A DNA stretch of 64,000 nt, taken from the IMG/VR virus record IMGVR_UViG_3300017971_004694; one strand, given 5' to 3'. This document shows, in pieces, positions 1-10,001 of this stretch. The position numbers and the translations under genes are program-made. The notes below the pieces were generated by a model. The model did not search any database, was not told the DNA's origin, and worked only from the letters and a program-made list of their open reading frames with translations. The stretch comes from a virus. Position 1 is the first letter of the stretch, and each line of letters begins with the position of its first letter.

Positions 1-757
1 TGCCAGCTCCAACGTCTATAGCTCCTACATTTAAGTTTAGCTCTCCGCCGCCCACACCATGCCATACACCAATAAGACTTGTATGACTACCCTGTGCTAC
101 GACATGTTCAACGCTTCCCACAATACTAGAGCCGCCGTAATTTGCAATTCCTATAGCACTATCGGCAGTTAGATAAATATCGCCCACATGAACGTGCATA
201 TGACCGCCGTCTGACGACTGCGCCCCAACGCCAATTCTGCCAGTATATACGGCACCTACTCTAGCAATAATAACAGCTGGCTCGGGGACGACACCAACAT
301 CAAAATTAAGAATGCCCGAGCCAACCCCAGTTTGCACAATCTTGTCTGCATGTAGCCAGTTAGTTCCACCATTTCCTGATGCGGTTTTCAAAACTGCGCT
401 TTGCCCAGTAGATTCTATTTTGCGAAACACAGCAGTTGACTGATCACCAGAAAATTGTACAGTTCCGACACCATATCCTCCACTAGTTGGTCCAATAATA
501 GTGGCATTTGGAGCATGCACTGAGATATTTGCGGGGATTGTGATGCCTTCTAAGTAAACACCATTGTCCAAACACACAACTGTAAAACCAGCACTACTGG
601 CCGCTATTGCCGCCGTGAACGTTAGAAAAGCCTTTTCGATTGTTTTACCATCGTTAGAATCACTACCGTGTTTCCCAACCCACCTCATATATTGATTATT
701 TACAAGAGGTGCGAAAGAAGAGCTTATACTACTTGGTATTCCAAGAAAACCACTCAT
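1..757 (-). CDS. Parallel beta-helix (pectate-lyase-like/DUF1565-type) virion protein, possibly tailspike/fibre; truncated at window edge and absent from the ORF track
   Basis: Manual translation from ATG at 757: MSGFLGIPSSISSSFAPLVNNQYMRWVGKHGSDSNDGKTIEKAFLTFTAAIAAS..., open for 252 codons to base 1. The VGKHGSDSNDG...AF-T---AI motif and G/V/I/S-rich strands are typical of beta-helix N-termini. Confidence 0.6.
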   Translation of the reverse strand, partial: MSGFLGIPSSISSSFAPLVNNQYMRWVGKHGSDSNDGKTIEKAFLTFTAAIAASSAGFTVVCLDNGVYLEGITIPANISVHAPNATIIGPTSGGYGVGTVQFSGDQSTAVFRKIESTGQSAVLKTASGNGGTNWLHADKIVQTGVGSGILNFDVGVVPEPAVIIARVGAVYTGRIGVGAQSSDGGHMHVHVGDIYLTADSAIGIANYGGSSIVGSVEHVVAQGSHTSLIGVWHGVGGGELNLNVGAIDVGAG

Positions 758-799
758 AGCGGCCCCCAAAATTAAAGTATCGTTGCATGTATATCATAT

Positions 800-807
800 T
801 ATTAATA
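800..807 (-). promoter_or_regulatory. Putative late promoter TATTAATA
   Basis: Exact TATTAATA in the intergenic gap 43 nt upstream of the ATG at 757; the same motif recurs in other structural-module gaps. Confidence 0.45.
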
Positions 808-830
808 GCTCCACAAACTCCGGAGCCAAA

Positions 831-870
831 ATAAAAAACGGGCTACCTATCAAAGATAGCCCGTTTTTAT
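831..870 (-). terminator. Rho-independent terminator after the capsid gene (probably bidirectional)
   Basis: Inverted repeat AAAAACGGGCTA/TAGCCCGTTTTT with an 11-nt loop and A/T tracts on both sides, about 20 nt after the capsid stop. Confidence 0.85.
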
Positions 871-891
871 TAGGTTTTTAGCTACTGGGTA

Positions 892-1929
892 TTAGCCAAC
901 GGCTACGGACTTGCGACCAACAGCGCAACCTCTTGGGTTGACGATGCCGATTCCGATGATCTCGGAAATAACCCAACCAAGCTTAAGCTGCTTTGGTTCG
1001 TCTGCTGGGAGCACCTCGATGTCCTGACGGACAGGCATAACACCAACAAACTCTGGGTCAGCCGTGCCGAACACGGTTCCGGCTGGGACGATCTTGGAAA
1101 CGATAATGTCGGCTCCCCAGATGTGGGCATAAAGACCAGTCTGAAGAATCTCTCTCATCGTAACAGGATCAACCTCGCCGCCACCAGTTCCCTGGCCACC
1201 ACCAGTTGCCCAATTCAGAATGTCATTGAACTCAATGATATTCATGAGGAACTTGGTAGTTACAAGGTCCCAGCGGTCAACCTGAACCTTGATCTCGGAG
1301 AGATCGCGCTTCAGGAGGCCAGCGTCCGCAATGTCCTGAGCGGTGTTCTCGCCGCCAAGAGTAGCGTCGGCTGCGAAATCCAAAGCTGCGAAGATGTTCG
1401 CATCCTCTTGAGCCTGGATTTCCTGACGAGCCTTTTGCTGCGCACGGTCGATGACGTTGAAACGACGCCTTCTGACTTCCGCGATACGAACGGTTGGGTT
1501 GGAAACAACCTCAAACTCTGGAACGGTCACACGGTCACCAAATACGCGGCTCTCTGGAGCCGAACCGTTGCTGGAAACAACAACAGCCGCGACATCAATA
1601 TCTCGGTCATACACAGGCAGAGCGCCCTGAGGAAGTGGGTCTACAACAAGAACTCTACGTCCAACACCCTGATAATCCAAGTTCCTACGGATTGGATTAG
1701 CCATGGCCTGGCCAAGAGCAATCTTGCCTTCCTGCGTCATAAGGGCACGCTTAATAAGCTCGTCTCTTTGCTGATCAGTAAAAGATGGATTCTGAGCTAG
1801 ACCGGTATTAGCTGGCTGAAGCTCCTCCAAGACACTAGCATACTTTACAATATTTGATAGGGCATCTTTAACAGAGCTAGCATTCTGTTCACCCTGGCTT
1901 CCATATGTGCTGAAAAGAGACATAAGCAT
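892..1929 (-). CDS. Major capsid protein (HK97 fold)
   Basis: 345 aa, strong SD (AAGGAGG), last gene before a terminator, downstream of protease/scaffold. Sequence (LGQAMANPIRRNLDYQGVGRR..., P-domain-like PEFEVVSNPTVRI, C-terminal IGIGIVNPRG) fits HK97-type capsids. N-terminal leader carries IVKYA and LIKRA motifs. Confidence 0.85.
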   Translation of the reverse strand: MLMSLFSTYGSQGEQNASSVKDALSNIVKYASVLEELQPANTGLAQNPSFTDQQRDELIKRALMTQEGKIALGQAMANPIRRNLDYQGVGRRVLVVDPLPQGALPVYDRDIDVAAVVVSSNGSAPESRVFGDRVTVPEFEVVSNPTVRIAEVRRRRFNVIDRAQQKARQEIQAQEDANIFAALDFAADATLGGENTAQDIADAGLLKRDLSEIKVQVDRWDLVTTKFLMNIIEFNDILNWATGGGQGTGGGEVDPVTMREILQTGLYAHIWGADIIVSKIVPAGTVFGTADPEFVGVMPVRQDIEVLPADEPKQLKLGWVISEIIGIGIVNPRGCAVGRKSVAVG

Positions 1930-1982
1930 TGTCCTCCTTGTGTAGTTTAGATTTGACTTTCTCTTTCATTTCTATGCGTAAT

Positions 1983-1990
1983 TATTAGTA
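1983..1990 (-). promoter_or_regulatory. Putative late promoter variant TACTAATA upstream of the capsid gene
   Basis: One mismatch to TATTAATA, in the 90-bp gap, about 55 nt upstream of the capsid start. Confidence 0.4.
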
Positions 1991-2020
1991 GATTTTCTGG
2001 AAATATATTAGGCACTTATC

Positions 2021-3415
2021 TTATTCTTTAGCCTTTTTCTTCATGGCTTGACTAATAAGATGAAGTATCCTTTCTAACTTGCTGGGATCAATAACGATTT
2101 TACCCCCTCTTACCACCTTTCCTTTGAAGCTGCCTTTGCCTTTTATTCCAAGTTTATTAAGGGCTTCGTCTATGTTTTCCTCTAGTTTTGCCGCCGCTGC
2201 GACTGTTTTCATGTCCATTTCGCCCGTTACATCAACACCGAGTATTTCTTGTAGCTTTCTAGTATTATCTTCTGGTTTAATATCTGGGGTTTCCACGGCT
2301 CTACGAGCCACATAATCCATCTTCTTTCCTAGACCTTGTGCTTTTGCTATAAGAGCTTTGGTCTCCTCTATCACATCAACAAAATCTTCATACTTCTCAT
2401 CCAAGCGAGAAGCAATGTCGAACCCAAAATGATACCATCTTCCTGTCCCAAGCTCTATTTTTACTCTAGCCATCAGGGCTTGTAGTCTTGGGAATACTGT
2501 TTGTAGTTGATTAAAGTTCGCCACAAATTTTTTGAAGTTCTTTTCATCCAAAGGCTTTGCTAGTTTTCCCATGAACGGCTTCAATATGAGTGCAGCATCT
2601 CCCGCACTTTTCGAACCTTTGCCCTTGGCAGTTTGTAGAATATCGTGAAGGTCTTTAAGATCTGTTTTCAAATCTTCTTTGCGGCTCGTTATTTTGTTTC
2701 CAAAGGCACTAAGAAGAGTCATAGCTCCGCCAAGAGCCATAGCTCCTTTGCCCCATCTACCCATGGGTGCCTTACCTTTCATAGTTTTAGTTGTGGTTCT
2801 GCCACCAGTACCCTTTTTTCTTTCAGTCGTAGTAGTTTCACCACCACCCAAGTATTTGAAAGCCATGGGGGCGACCATTGAGACGAGCCCGATTACTGCA
2901 CCAATCCAGGCCGTCTTGTGAAGACGGCCATCAACGAAAGGGAGGTCAGCGATCCTCCTGATTGTCTTATCAACCCGGAGCGCTTCCTTAACCTTACCTT
3001 CTTCCTCAAGTTGATTTGCCTTCTTGGCCAGCTCTTTTACAAGCTCCGCATGAATACCAAAAAGAGCACCGCTAGGCATCCTAGTAGCAATCTCAATATC
3101 TTTTTTCTGTTGCTCCACTTGGTTCTCTACAACGCCACCGGCACCCATCGCATCAGCAAGCACTGCCGTCTCAGGATGAGCTTTTTCGATAAGCTCTTCG
3201 CCAGTTCCTTTAGTTACGTCGTATAGTCCAGCATCCTTCCTTTCCTTATCAGTCATACTTACGCCATTGTCTCGGAAAGGACCGACGGGCGATTCACTAG
3301 GATTGCCGACCAAATCTTTCTTTTTTGGATTGAGGTCGGTAGTAATCAAACCAGCGTCGGCAGCAATCTTTTCAAATTCCGCCATGACCGAACTGCCATT
3401 CCATTGTTTGCTCAT
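2021..3415 (-). CDS. Head-associated protein with hydrophobic segments and a peptidoglycan-binding-like motif
   Basis: Likely start MSKQWNG at 3415 (AAGGAG SD). Contains LHKTA followed by WIGAVIGLVSMVAPMAF, and KLQEILGVDVTGEMDMKT (PG_binding_1-like). Confidence 0.55.
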   Translation of the reverse strand: MSKQWNGSSVMAEFEKIAADAGLITTDLNPKKKDLVGNPSESPVGPFRDNGVSMTDKERKDAGLYDVTKGTGEELIEKAHPETAVLADAMGAGGVVENQVEQQKKDIEIATRMPSGALFGIHAELVKELAKKANQLEEEGKVKEALRVDKTIRRIADLPFVDGRLHKTAWIGAVIGLVSMVAPMAFKYLGGGETTTTERKKGTGGRTTTKTMKGKAPMGRWGKGAMALGGAMTLLSAFGNKITSRKEDLKTDLKDLHDILQTAKGKGSKSAGDAALILKPFMGKLAKPLDEKNFKKFVANFNQLQTVFPRLQALMARVKIELGTGRWYHFGFDIASRLDEKYEDFVDVIEETKALIAKAQGLGKKMDYVARRAVETPDIKPEDNTRKLQEILGVDVTGEMDMKTVAAAAKLEENIDEALNKLGIKGKGSFKGKVVRGGKIVIDPSKLERILHLISQAMKKKAKE

Positions 3416-3419
3416 ATCA

Positions 3420-4490
3420 TTACGCTCCTTGTAAGAGTTCTTGTAGCTTCTTAGCCGGTGCGCCACCTTTTGGCTTTGGCATCGCCGTGGGTTTTGCGGC
3501 AGGAGCCGGCTCCCCTATCTTCTCGTATTTTGCTTCTGGTAGAAGCGAACTAGCTATTAATGTCACCGGAGGAATAAGAAAAGCTTGTTCCCTGTTCAAT
3601 CTCCGAAGTCTTTTGCCATTCAGTCTTTCTATAACCGAAAGTCTCCCCATCATCTCAGGGGAGCCTTTAAGTGGCCTTCTTTTCACCTGTCTGAAGGCTT
3701 GAGAGAAACCTTCTATGGTTGAATTAAGAAAGTGGATTAATGTGTCTTCAACATTTCCTTTCTCATTTACAATATAAAGATTCCCGGCACGCGCTGCACC
3801 AGGGACACCGCTGGGCTTTCTACCACTAAGAAGACCACTTATCGAGGGCCCTTCGCCAGGAGCAGCAGCCTCTGGAAGGCCAACTCCAAACTGCCTTTTA
3901 GCCAAACCACTAACAGCGCCAACAAGACCAAGACCAGCTAAGCCGCCAGCGAATAGTTTTAAAAGAGCATATAGGACATTAGTGAATCCCAATTTCTTTC
4001 CACCCTTAACGGCGCTGAGGAATTTCCTAAAATATCCACCCCTACCTATAGCTTGTTTCTCTATGGTTTCCGCTGGGAAATATTTGTTTGCACATGCAAT
4101 AGCAACCAAATCGTGCTCGTCCAACGTTCCCTTAATTTCAATCATATCTTCCAACATGCTGGTGGACTTGAGCCCTATTGCGCCTTTAACTTTATCCACA
4201 ACGCTTCCGGCAACATTTTTAAGACTACCCAAAGAAAGCGCTTGGCCTGGTTTCCAATTCAATTCGTCATCAACCAACCCACCAAGTTTTCCTGGTCCAA
4301 ATCCAACATACTCTGCAAGAAGAAGCAACAGTCCTATTTTCCAGCCGAAAATCTTCCAGCCAAGTATAGGGCCAATCGCTCCAAAGATCGTCTCAAATGG
4401 ATGATCCTTGAAATCTACTTTCTTAACTACCGTTCCCAGAAAATCTCGGATCATATCCTGACCTTCTTTGACGATAACTTTATCGGACAC
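3420..4490 (-). CDS. Head-associated protein with putative membrane-inserting helices
   Basis: GTG start at 4490 with GGAGG 5 nt upstream. Hydrophobic stretches IFGAIGPILGWKIFGWKIGLLLLLA and VLYALLKLFAGGLAGLGLVGAVSGL. Confidence 0.55.
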   Translation of the reverse strand: MSDKVIVKEGQDMIRDFLGTVVKKVDFKDHPFETIFGAIGPILGWKIFGWKIGLLLLLAEYVGFGPGKLGGLVDDELNWKPGQALSLGSLKNVAGSVVDKVKGAIGLKSTSMLEDMIEIKGTLDEHDLVAIACANKYFPAETIEKQAIGRGGYFRKFLSAVKGGKKLGFTNVLYALLKLFAGGLAGLGLVGAVSGLAKRQFGVGLPEAAAPGEGPSISGLLSGRKPSGVPGAARAGNLYIVNEKGNVEDTLIHFLNSTIEGFSQAFRQVKRRPLKGSPEMMGRLSVIERLNGKRLRRLNREQAFLIPPVTLIASSLLPEAKYEKIGEPAPAAKPTAMPKPKGGAPAKKLQELLQGA

Positions 4491-7400
4491 GATAGCCTCC
4501 AGGTGCTGGCGTTGGAGTTGTAGCCTTGGCCACAAGCTTTTCATGCAGCACTCTAAGATCGTTTAGATAATTTATAGCATCTGTCCGCATCTTGTTTACG
4601 AACGCCTTGGCCTCGCCTGATAGTGGCTGGGTTTTAAGGCTTTCCACTTGCCTTAAAATCTTTCCTACTTCGCCTCGCAATTGTCTTGCGTAACCTACTG
4701 GTGATTTACCACCAGAGAAAGCCTCGAAAGCACTTAGACTTTCTATAATTTCCCAATCTGGAAGCTTATCGAAATAGCTTTGCACACTATCTAGAGCAGC
4801 CTTTTCACGAGGTCTGCCACGCAGACCATAAAAAGCACCTCTATCTACCCCAGGCTTTCTGCCTCCAGCAGCAGGTGGGACCGCACCAGGTGCAGCTCCA
4901 GGAGCCCCAGGTCTCTCAGTTCCTGGAATTGGTTTAGCCGCAGGTGCTTTCCATCCACCAGCCAACTGGTTGTAAAGTTTCTGCATCATGCTTACAATCT
5001 GGTCAAATTTACCAGGGCTCTCCAAATCCATCATGGCCTTTTGAGGTTGAATAGCTCCATACATTTCCTGCAACAGCTTGGCTGGGACATCATCATGCTC
5101 GCTATCTGGGTCAAACAACTTCTGTAGTCGAAGCTCGGCAACAAAAGCCTGTGGGCTTTGTAGTGATTTCAAACTAACTTTCTTGCCCCTGAAGTCTATA
5201 TCGCCAGTAATAGCGGGAGCAGTCTTCTGTAGATATGCAGCTACTCTCTGTCCAAGATTGAGAACGTTTGCCGGCGGCTTTGCTGATGTAACAGTCGGAG
5301 TCTTAAACGCAGGCATGAGACCTTTGAGCTTGGCCATCATTTGATTATAAGCGCCGGCAGTATCTTTACCCCATGCTCCATCAACTCCATGTTTGCCCAC
5401 ATCAAAGCCAGCGGCAACCATAGCCCGCTGTAGAGCTTCAACCTGCGCATCTTTCGCCTTGGCTGGAGCCCTTCTCCTGCCTCTGTATTTGGTGGGTCTT
5501 TTGCCTTTCGCAGCCCGCTGCCTTTCTTTTAAGCGAGTAAGTAGGCTGCCCAAATCTGCAACTTTGACCAAACTGATGTTTTTCTTACCAGCAAGCTTCT
5601 TTAACACATTGTGATATAAATATTTATTTAGAAGCTTCATCTCATTTAAGCTTCTTTTGCGTGCCTTGAGCACAGCCAGCTCTTCCCTTAAGTTCTTTTT
5701 CCACTCCTCGGCGTCTTCTCCAAAAACCTTTGGGTTTGCATCTACTTTGGGAAGAATTTTGTTAATAGTCCCAACTAGAGCATTTTGAGCATTCTTAAAT
5801 TCTTTCTCGAACTTTTTATAAAGGTCTTCCCTTGGTGACACTTTTTCTTTCCCAGGCTCTTTTTTCTTCTCTAATTCTCTACTCAAAGGTCTTGTCGAAA
5901 TAAACATATCTAAATTATCAAATGCAGATGACCAAAGATCATATCCTTGGGCGCCCCAGCTTCCAGAATGTGGCTCTTCAGCAGACTCCGCATATTCGTA
6001 ATACTTTTTTATTTTTTGAAGAGTATTTTCAATCGTATTGGCAATTTTTAATAGCCTATCAAGCAATTTTTGATCCGCAGCGATTTCTTCAGCTTTTTGC
6101 ATATAACTAGCTATTCGCCTGTATGCACCCACTATAAACTCGTCGTATTCGGCATTTGGATCTTTATCGCCCCCAGGAAATGGATTAGAAATTAAAAATC
6201 CCTGTGGTTTTGCGGTAAAAGCGGTTTCTTCATCTGTTTGATCAGATACTGATCCTTCCATGGCTCTTAAACCGCTATTCATAGACTTAAGAATACTATA
6301 AAGTCTTCTTGCATCTTGAGCTTCCTTCTTAAGCGAGGCATCATTCTCCTCGGAGCCAGCCGCCTCGGAAGCTGAGCCCCTATTTACGAAAGGGTCTTCT
6401 CCTTCTAACAGTTTATCTCGCAATGAAGCAATTGTCTTATCTACAATCTGGGCTGCCTCAACATCGCCGTCTTCCTCCAGCAAATTAGCAGTTGCGACGA
6501 GCTTAGTCATCATCTCAGCATATTTGCCAGTAGGGTTCTTCAGCGCTTTTTCAACAACCTTCTTGTGCTCTTCAATAAGGGTCTCAACCTTTCCACCCTC
6601 TTCCTTTGCTGGAACGATGGTTGGTCCGCCGCCTGGGTGCGCCTGGTTAACAAGATCATCACCAGTCTCACCGGTCACATCATAAAGCTTATCGGCAGCT
6701 TCCTTGTAAAGAACAATCTGCTTGTCTACGGCAGTCGCGGCACCAGTCTCACCCATTTCCTCAAGGTCATTGGCCAGAGAAATGAGTTCGTTTATTGCTG
6801 AAGAGACAATAGCCATATCATCTGCTGCTGCCCATTCGGGGAGCTTAAGTTTTGTCTCTGGCTTTGGGCCTGGAGTCTTCTGCCATTTTTGGTGTATGGT
6901 TGGCCTTGCAACACCAATTGGTGGGCCACCACCTTTTTCTCTTTCTTCCATTTCTCTCATAGTTTTCCTCGCCATTTCCTCAACATCAAGGCCAGTCATA
7001 AGTTCTTTCATATCTAGTTTAGGCATAGTCTCTGACCAATGAGCATATGGATCAACCCATTTTGGAGTAATGGGTTTGAAGCCGGTCTCCTCAGATGGAA
7101 CTAATCCTGGTTTTGGCAACGGCTTTTCGGCAAACAGCCTTGGATATTTTGTTTTTGCGTATTCTAAAGCATCGCCTGGGTTCAGACCACGCAAATCCAT
7201 AAGTCTTTGAACTACTGTCTTTTGCTGCGGAGTAAGAGTCATAGCAGCCTCCTTGTTCACAAAATTGTCGTCTGCTGCCCCACCACGAGGCTTTGTAACA
7301 TCGCCGCCCACTTCGCGCATCTTCTTCTTTAGCTCATACTGACGGCGTTCACCAGCATCCATTTTGGCCCACTGTTCAGGGGTAGGCTCGTGACCGACAG

Positions 7401-8205
7401 CTTGCGGAACAGGCTTTGGCTTGGCAGCAGGCGGCGGGCCGGGCTTGGCAGCAGGTTTGGCAGCAGGTTTGGCAGCAGGTTTGGCAGCAGGTTTGGCAGC
7501 AGGTTTCCTTTTCGCAGTCTGCTGTTTTGCTGCATATGGCACCCACTTTTCAAGTAAATACTTCATATCTTCAGCTGAAGGAGCTTTTCTACCACGTATG
7601 GGTTTTAGACCAGCACTCTCTACTAAACTTGGATTCTTTTCCAAATAAGCATTCCAGGCCGCAGTAGAACGTCCACCCCAAGCTCCATCTGGATTACCTT
7701 TGTGAGGCCCCTTGGGATTGCTGGTTGCTATCCCAGTAGCCTTTTGTATAACAGATTGCACTTGTTTGATAAGCGGCGAGCTTTTCGGCTTTGCCCTGGT
7801 CCTACCCGCTCTACCCGATTCCGTCCCAGGCGTTACAAACTGAGGAGATTTAAGCCATGCTTGATAATCAGCTTTCCACTGTCCCATTACTGTTTCATTA
7901 GCCTTCTCTTCACTAATACCTGCACCCACCATTGTTTCGCGGGCAGCCCTATAAGCTTTATATTTTAGCTGGCCATCTGGATGGGTCCTAAGCCATTTAT
8001 TAAACTCTTCTCTGGCATCGGGCGTATCCTTCATAGATCCCCCTTCCTCTTCTGGCGCTGTAGCACCAGCGGGACCACCAGTTTCCCAACTCCAAGGCAC
8101 ACCCTTTCCTCCTTGAGATTCTTTTACGATCCAGCCCTTCTCAAGAGCCATTTTTGCAAATTCGTCCATTACGGAGCCGCCTAAAAGGTTATCGATTTTA
8201 ACCAT
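4480..8205 (-). CDS. Large (1241 aa) internal-head/ejection-like protein with two peptidoglycan-binding-like motifs
   Basis: Two DGxWGxxT motifs preceded by VxxVQ/VxxLQ helices (IKQVQSVIQ...PDGAWGGRST; VEALQRAMV...VDGAWGKDT), a KPAA repeat and two helical-hairpin motifs. Confidence 0.55.
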   Translation of the reverse strand: MVKIDNLLGGSVMDEFAKMALEKGWIVKESQGGKGVPWSWETGGPAGATAPEEEGGSMKDTPDAREEFNKWLRTHPDGQLKYKAYRAARETMVGAGISEEKANETVMGQWKADYQAWLKSPQFVTPGTESGRAGRTRAKPKSSPLIKQVQSVIQKATGIATSNPKGPHKGNPDGAWGGRSTAAWNAYLEKNPSLVESAGLKPIRGRKAPSAEDMKYLLEKWVPYAAKQQTAKRKPAAKPAAKPAAKPAAKPAAKPGPPPAAKPKPVPQAVGHEPTPEQWAKMDAGERRQYELKKKMREVGGDVTKPRGGAADDNFVNKEAAMTLTPQQKTVVQRLMDLRGLNPGDALEYAKTKYPRLFAEKPLPKPGLVPSEETGFKPITPKWVDPYAHWSETMPKLDMKELMTGLDVEEMARKTMREMEEREKGGGPPIGVARPTIHQKWQKTPGPKPETKLKLPEWAAADDMAIVSSAINELISLANDLEEMGETGAATAVDKQIVLYKEAADKLYDVTGETGDDLVNQAHPGGGPTIVPAKEEGGKVETLIEEHKKVVEKALKNPTGKYAEMMTKLVATANLLEEDGDVEAAQIVDKTIASLRDKLLEGEDPFVNRGSASEAAGSEENDASLKKEAQDARRLYSILKSMNSGLRAMEGSVSDQTDEETAFTAKPQGFLISNPFPGGDKDPNAEYDEFIVGAYRRIASYMQKAEEIAADQKLLDRLLKIANTIENTLQKIKKYYEYAESAEEPHSGSWGAQGYDLWSSAFDNLDMFISTRPLSRELEKKKEPGKEKVSPREDLYKKFEKEFKNAQNALVGTINKILPKVDANPKVFGEDAEEWKKNLREELAVLKARKRSLNEMKLLNKYLYHNVLKKLAGKKNISLVKVADLGSLLTRLKERQRAAKGKRPTKYRGRRRAPAKAKDAQVEALQRAMVAAGFDVGKHGVDGAWGKDTAGAYNQMMAKLKGLMPAFKTPTVTSAKPPANVLNLGQRVAAYLQKTAPAITGDIDFRGKKVSLKSLQSPQAFVAELRLQKLFDPDSEHDDVPAKLLQEMYGAIQPQKAMMDLESPGKFDQIVSMMQKLYNQLAGGWKAPAAKPIPGTERPGAPGAAPGAVPPAAGGRKPGVDRGAFYGLRGRPREKAALDSVQSYFDKLPDWEIIESLSAFEAFSGGKSPVGYARQLRGEVGKILRQVESLKTQPLSGEAKAFVNKMRTDAINYLNDLRVLHEKLVAKATTPTPAPGGYRVR
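7445..7504. repeat. 12-nt coding tandem repeat x5 (KPAA)
   Basis: ttggcagcaggt occurs five times in tandem. Confidence 0.95.
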
Positions 8206-8594
8206 TATTCTCCCTCCTTGAATAGATCTTCAAGCTCGTGTAGGGCCATCTCAACCCTGTAAGCTGCCTTCACGTTCTTGCCATCTGCGAGTTCATTGGC
8301 GATCTTCTCAAGATTCTCAATAAGCATCTTGTCGTAAGCTGTCTTAAGCTCTGCCACCAAGGTTGGCTTTTCAAACTGCTCTAGAGCCTCATCGAACCTT
8401 TTCATAGGTTCCTCTTCCTCCCAGAACTTTTCCTCTTCCTCTTTAGTTACCTTTGCCTCTTTCTCAAGAGGAAGGGGCTCAAAAGCCTCGGGAGGTGGGC
8501 CCTCAAGGACATTATCCTTTTGGGCAACCTTCTCAAGCTCCTTCATAACCTCGCTGTCGAGCCAAGCAGCTTTATCTTCTTTTGAGAAACTCAT
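8205..8594 (-). CDS. Acidic head-module protein (129 aa)
   Basis: Operon-coupled ORF with SD; shares the SxVMxE[FL]xKxA motif with the 2021 and 4480 genes and carries a helical-hairpin motif. Confidence 0.7.
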   Translation of the reverse strand: MSFSKEDKAAWLDSEVMKELEKVAQKDNVLEGPPPEAFEPLPLEKEAKVTKEEEEKFWEEEEPMKRFDEALEQFEKPTLVAELKTAYDKMLIENLEKIANELADGKNVKAAYRVEMALHELEDLFKEGE

Positions 8595-8615
8595 AGACGC
8601 CTCCGCGTAAAATAT

Positions 8616-9317
8616 TTACAGCCACATAAACTCAAGCGTGTTAACTATAGCACTGGGTGGCCCGGTGACTATCGCTACGCCTGGATGTGTCTCTGTTAAT
8701 TGACTTGTCGTAAGTTGTCCCGTTGCGTTGACGAACAATGTAGCGTTCACCGGGTATCTCTGTAATGTATCATACTGATCCGTCGCAAAAATACCACGCT
8801 GAAACCAAATCGTCGCCCTATTGCTTCCAATGGTCGAATCATCACCAGGAAGCGATGGGACCTGATAAACATAATTCACTACTGTTCTTACACTATCGTT
8901 TTTTCCATTCCCAGTGCTATCATAATTTAGCCTACTATCCTTGGGCAAGGTCAAAATTCCATTAACAGGATTGAGAATCAAACCCTCATAGTCGGCCACG
9001 AAACTGCTTTGTATCAAACCACCATTAGCTAGTGGTGCAGTGAAATCCACGCTGTTGAAAAAATTGTATCCATCGGTGTAGATCAAACTTGGATCGGGAG
9101 CCGATAGAAGCACGATTTCATCAACCACGGGCATCGTGAAAGCATTAGTTCTTACATCATCAATAATTCCAAGTGGCGCAGTTCCGTCAGATAAGCCCAA
9201 AACTATATCCTGGCCAACCAGTTTAAGCTGACCTATGGCCCCTGGCTGAAACGAAGCCGAGGGGTCAACTGGATATGAGAACGGCAGGGCGTTGCCCGTT
9301 TGAATAAGTCTTAACAT
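8616..9317 (-). CDS. Probable capsid decoration/cement protein
   Basis: Beta-rich 233 aa between scaffold and capsid genes; xQPGxIGQL...PLGII and GIFATDQYD...LFVNATGQLTT patterns resemble beta-tulip decoration proteins. Assignment relies partly on position. Confidence 0.45.
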   Translation of the reverse strand: MLRLIQTGNALPFSYPVDPSASFQPGAIGQLKLVGQDIVLGLSDGTAPLGIIDDVRTNAFTMPVVDEIVLLSAPDPSLIYTDGYNFFNSVDFTAPLANGGLIQSSFVADYEGLILNPVNGILTLPKDSRLNYDSTGNGKNDSVRTVVNYVYQVPSLPGDDSTIGSNRATIWFQRGIFATDQYDTLQRYPVNATLFVNATGQLTTSQLTETHPGVAIVTGPPSAIVNTLEFMWL

Positions 9318-9332
9318 ACTTCCTCCTATTTG

Positions 9333-9983
9333 TTAACGGGGCATACCTCGCTCTTTTAACATTTTAAAAGTTGCGTTGGCCGCTTCTAATTCTTTTTGAA
9401 GCTCTAATAATCTTTCATAATCAGGTTCCTCTTCCCTATAAACCATTCCTATTGCGTCCAAAACGCCTAGTGCCTTGGCCTTGGCCTCAACAATGTCAGG
9501 CTCTCCAGTAGCCTCATACTCTTCCGCAGCCTCAAACCTTTCCTCAGCTTCGGCCTCTTCTTTTCTTTGTTCAGCAAAATACTCTGGGCTTATAGCCACC
9601 TTTTCAATAGATTCGTCGAGAATATTAGCAAGCTCAGTGAAACCTTGCTTGTCAAGAGTATCGGCAACGGCAGCAAGGCTTTTCAAAGCATATTCCTCGG
9701 CTTCTGCCTTTTTACAAACATCACACACTTTTGCGCCAGGGCACTCATGGGTATCTGCTTTTTGCTCTTTATTTTTCTTTTCTTTCTTTTTCTTCATTTC
9801 TTCTTTATATTTCTTCACTTTTTGACAATTCTTTTGCTCGTGGCCAAACTTTCCACAAAAAGTACACGGCCCCATACCAGCAGTCTTATGGAAAAGCTCT
9901 TTTAAAGAATCGCTGCCTAGATTGTCTACCATAGCCTCTACAATCTCGTCAACGCTATGCTTTTTTGTAACAGTCATTTGCAT
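9333..9983 (-). CDS. Head-module protein with CCHC zinc knuckle
   Basis: CTFCGKFGHEQKNC (C-x2-C-x4-H-x4-C) at 9825-9866, directly after FHKTA; N-terminal leader and ADTLDKQGF hairpin are paralogous to the 10002-10731 gene. Confidence 0.75.
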   Translation of the reverse strand: MQMTVTKKHSVDEIVEAMVDNLGSDSLKELFHKTAGMGPCTFCGKFGHEQKNCQKVKKYKEEMKKKKEKKNKEQKADTHECPGAKVCDVCKKAEAEEYALKSLAAVADTLDKQGFTELANILDESIEKVAISPEYFAEQRKEEAEAEERFEAAEEYEATGEPDIVEAKAKALGVLDAIGMVYREEEPDYERLLELQKELEAANATFKMLKERGMPR

Positions 9984-10001
9984 TTCTCCTTGGCAGGCTC
10001 A

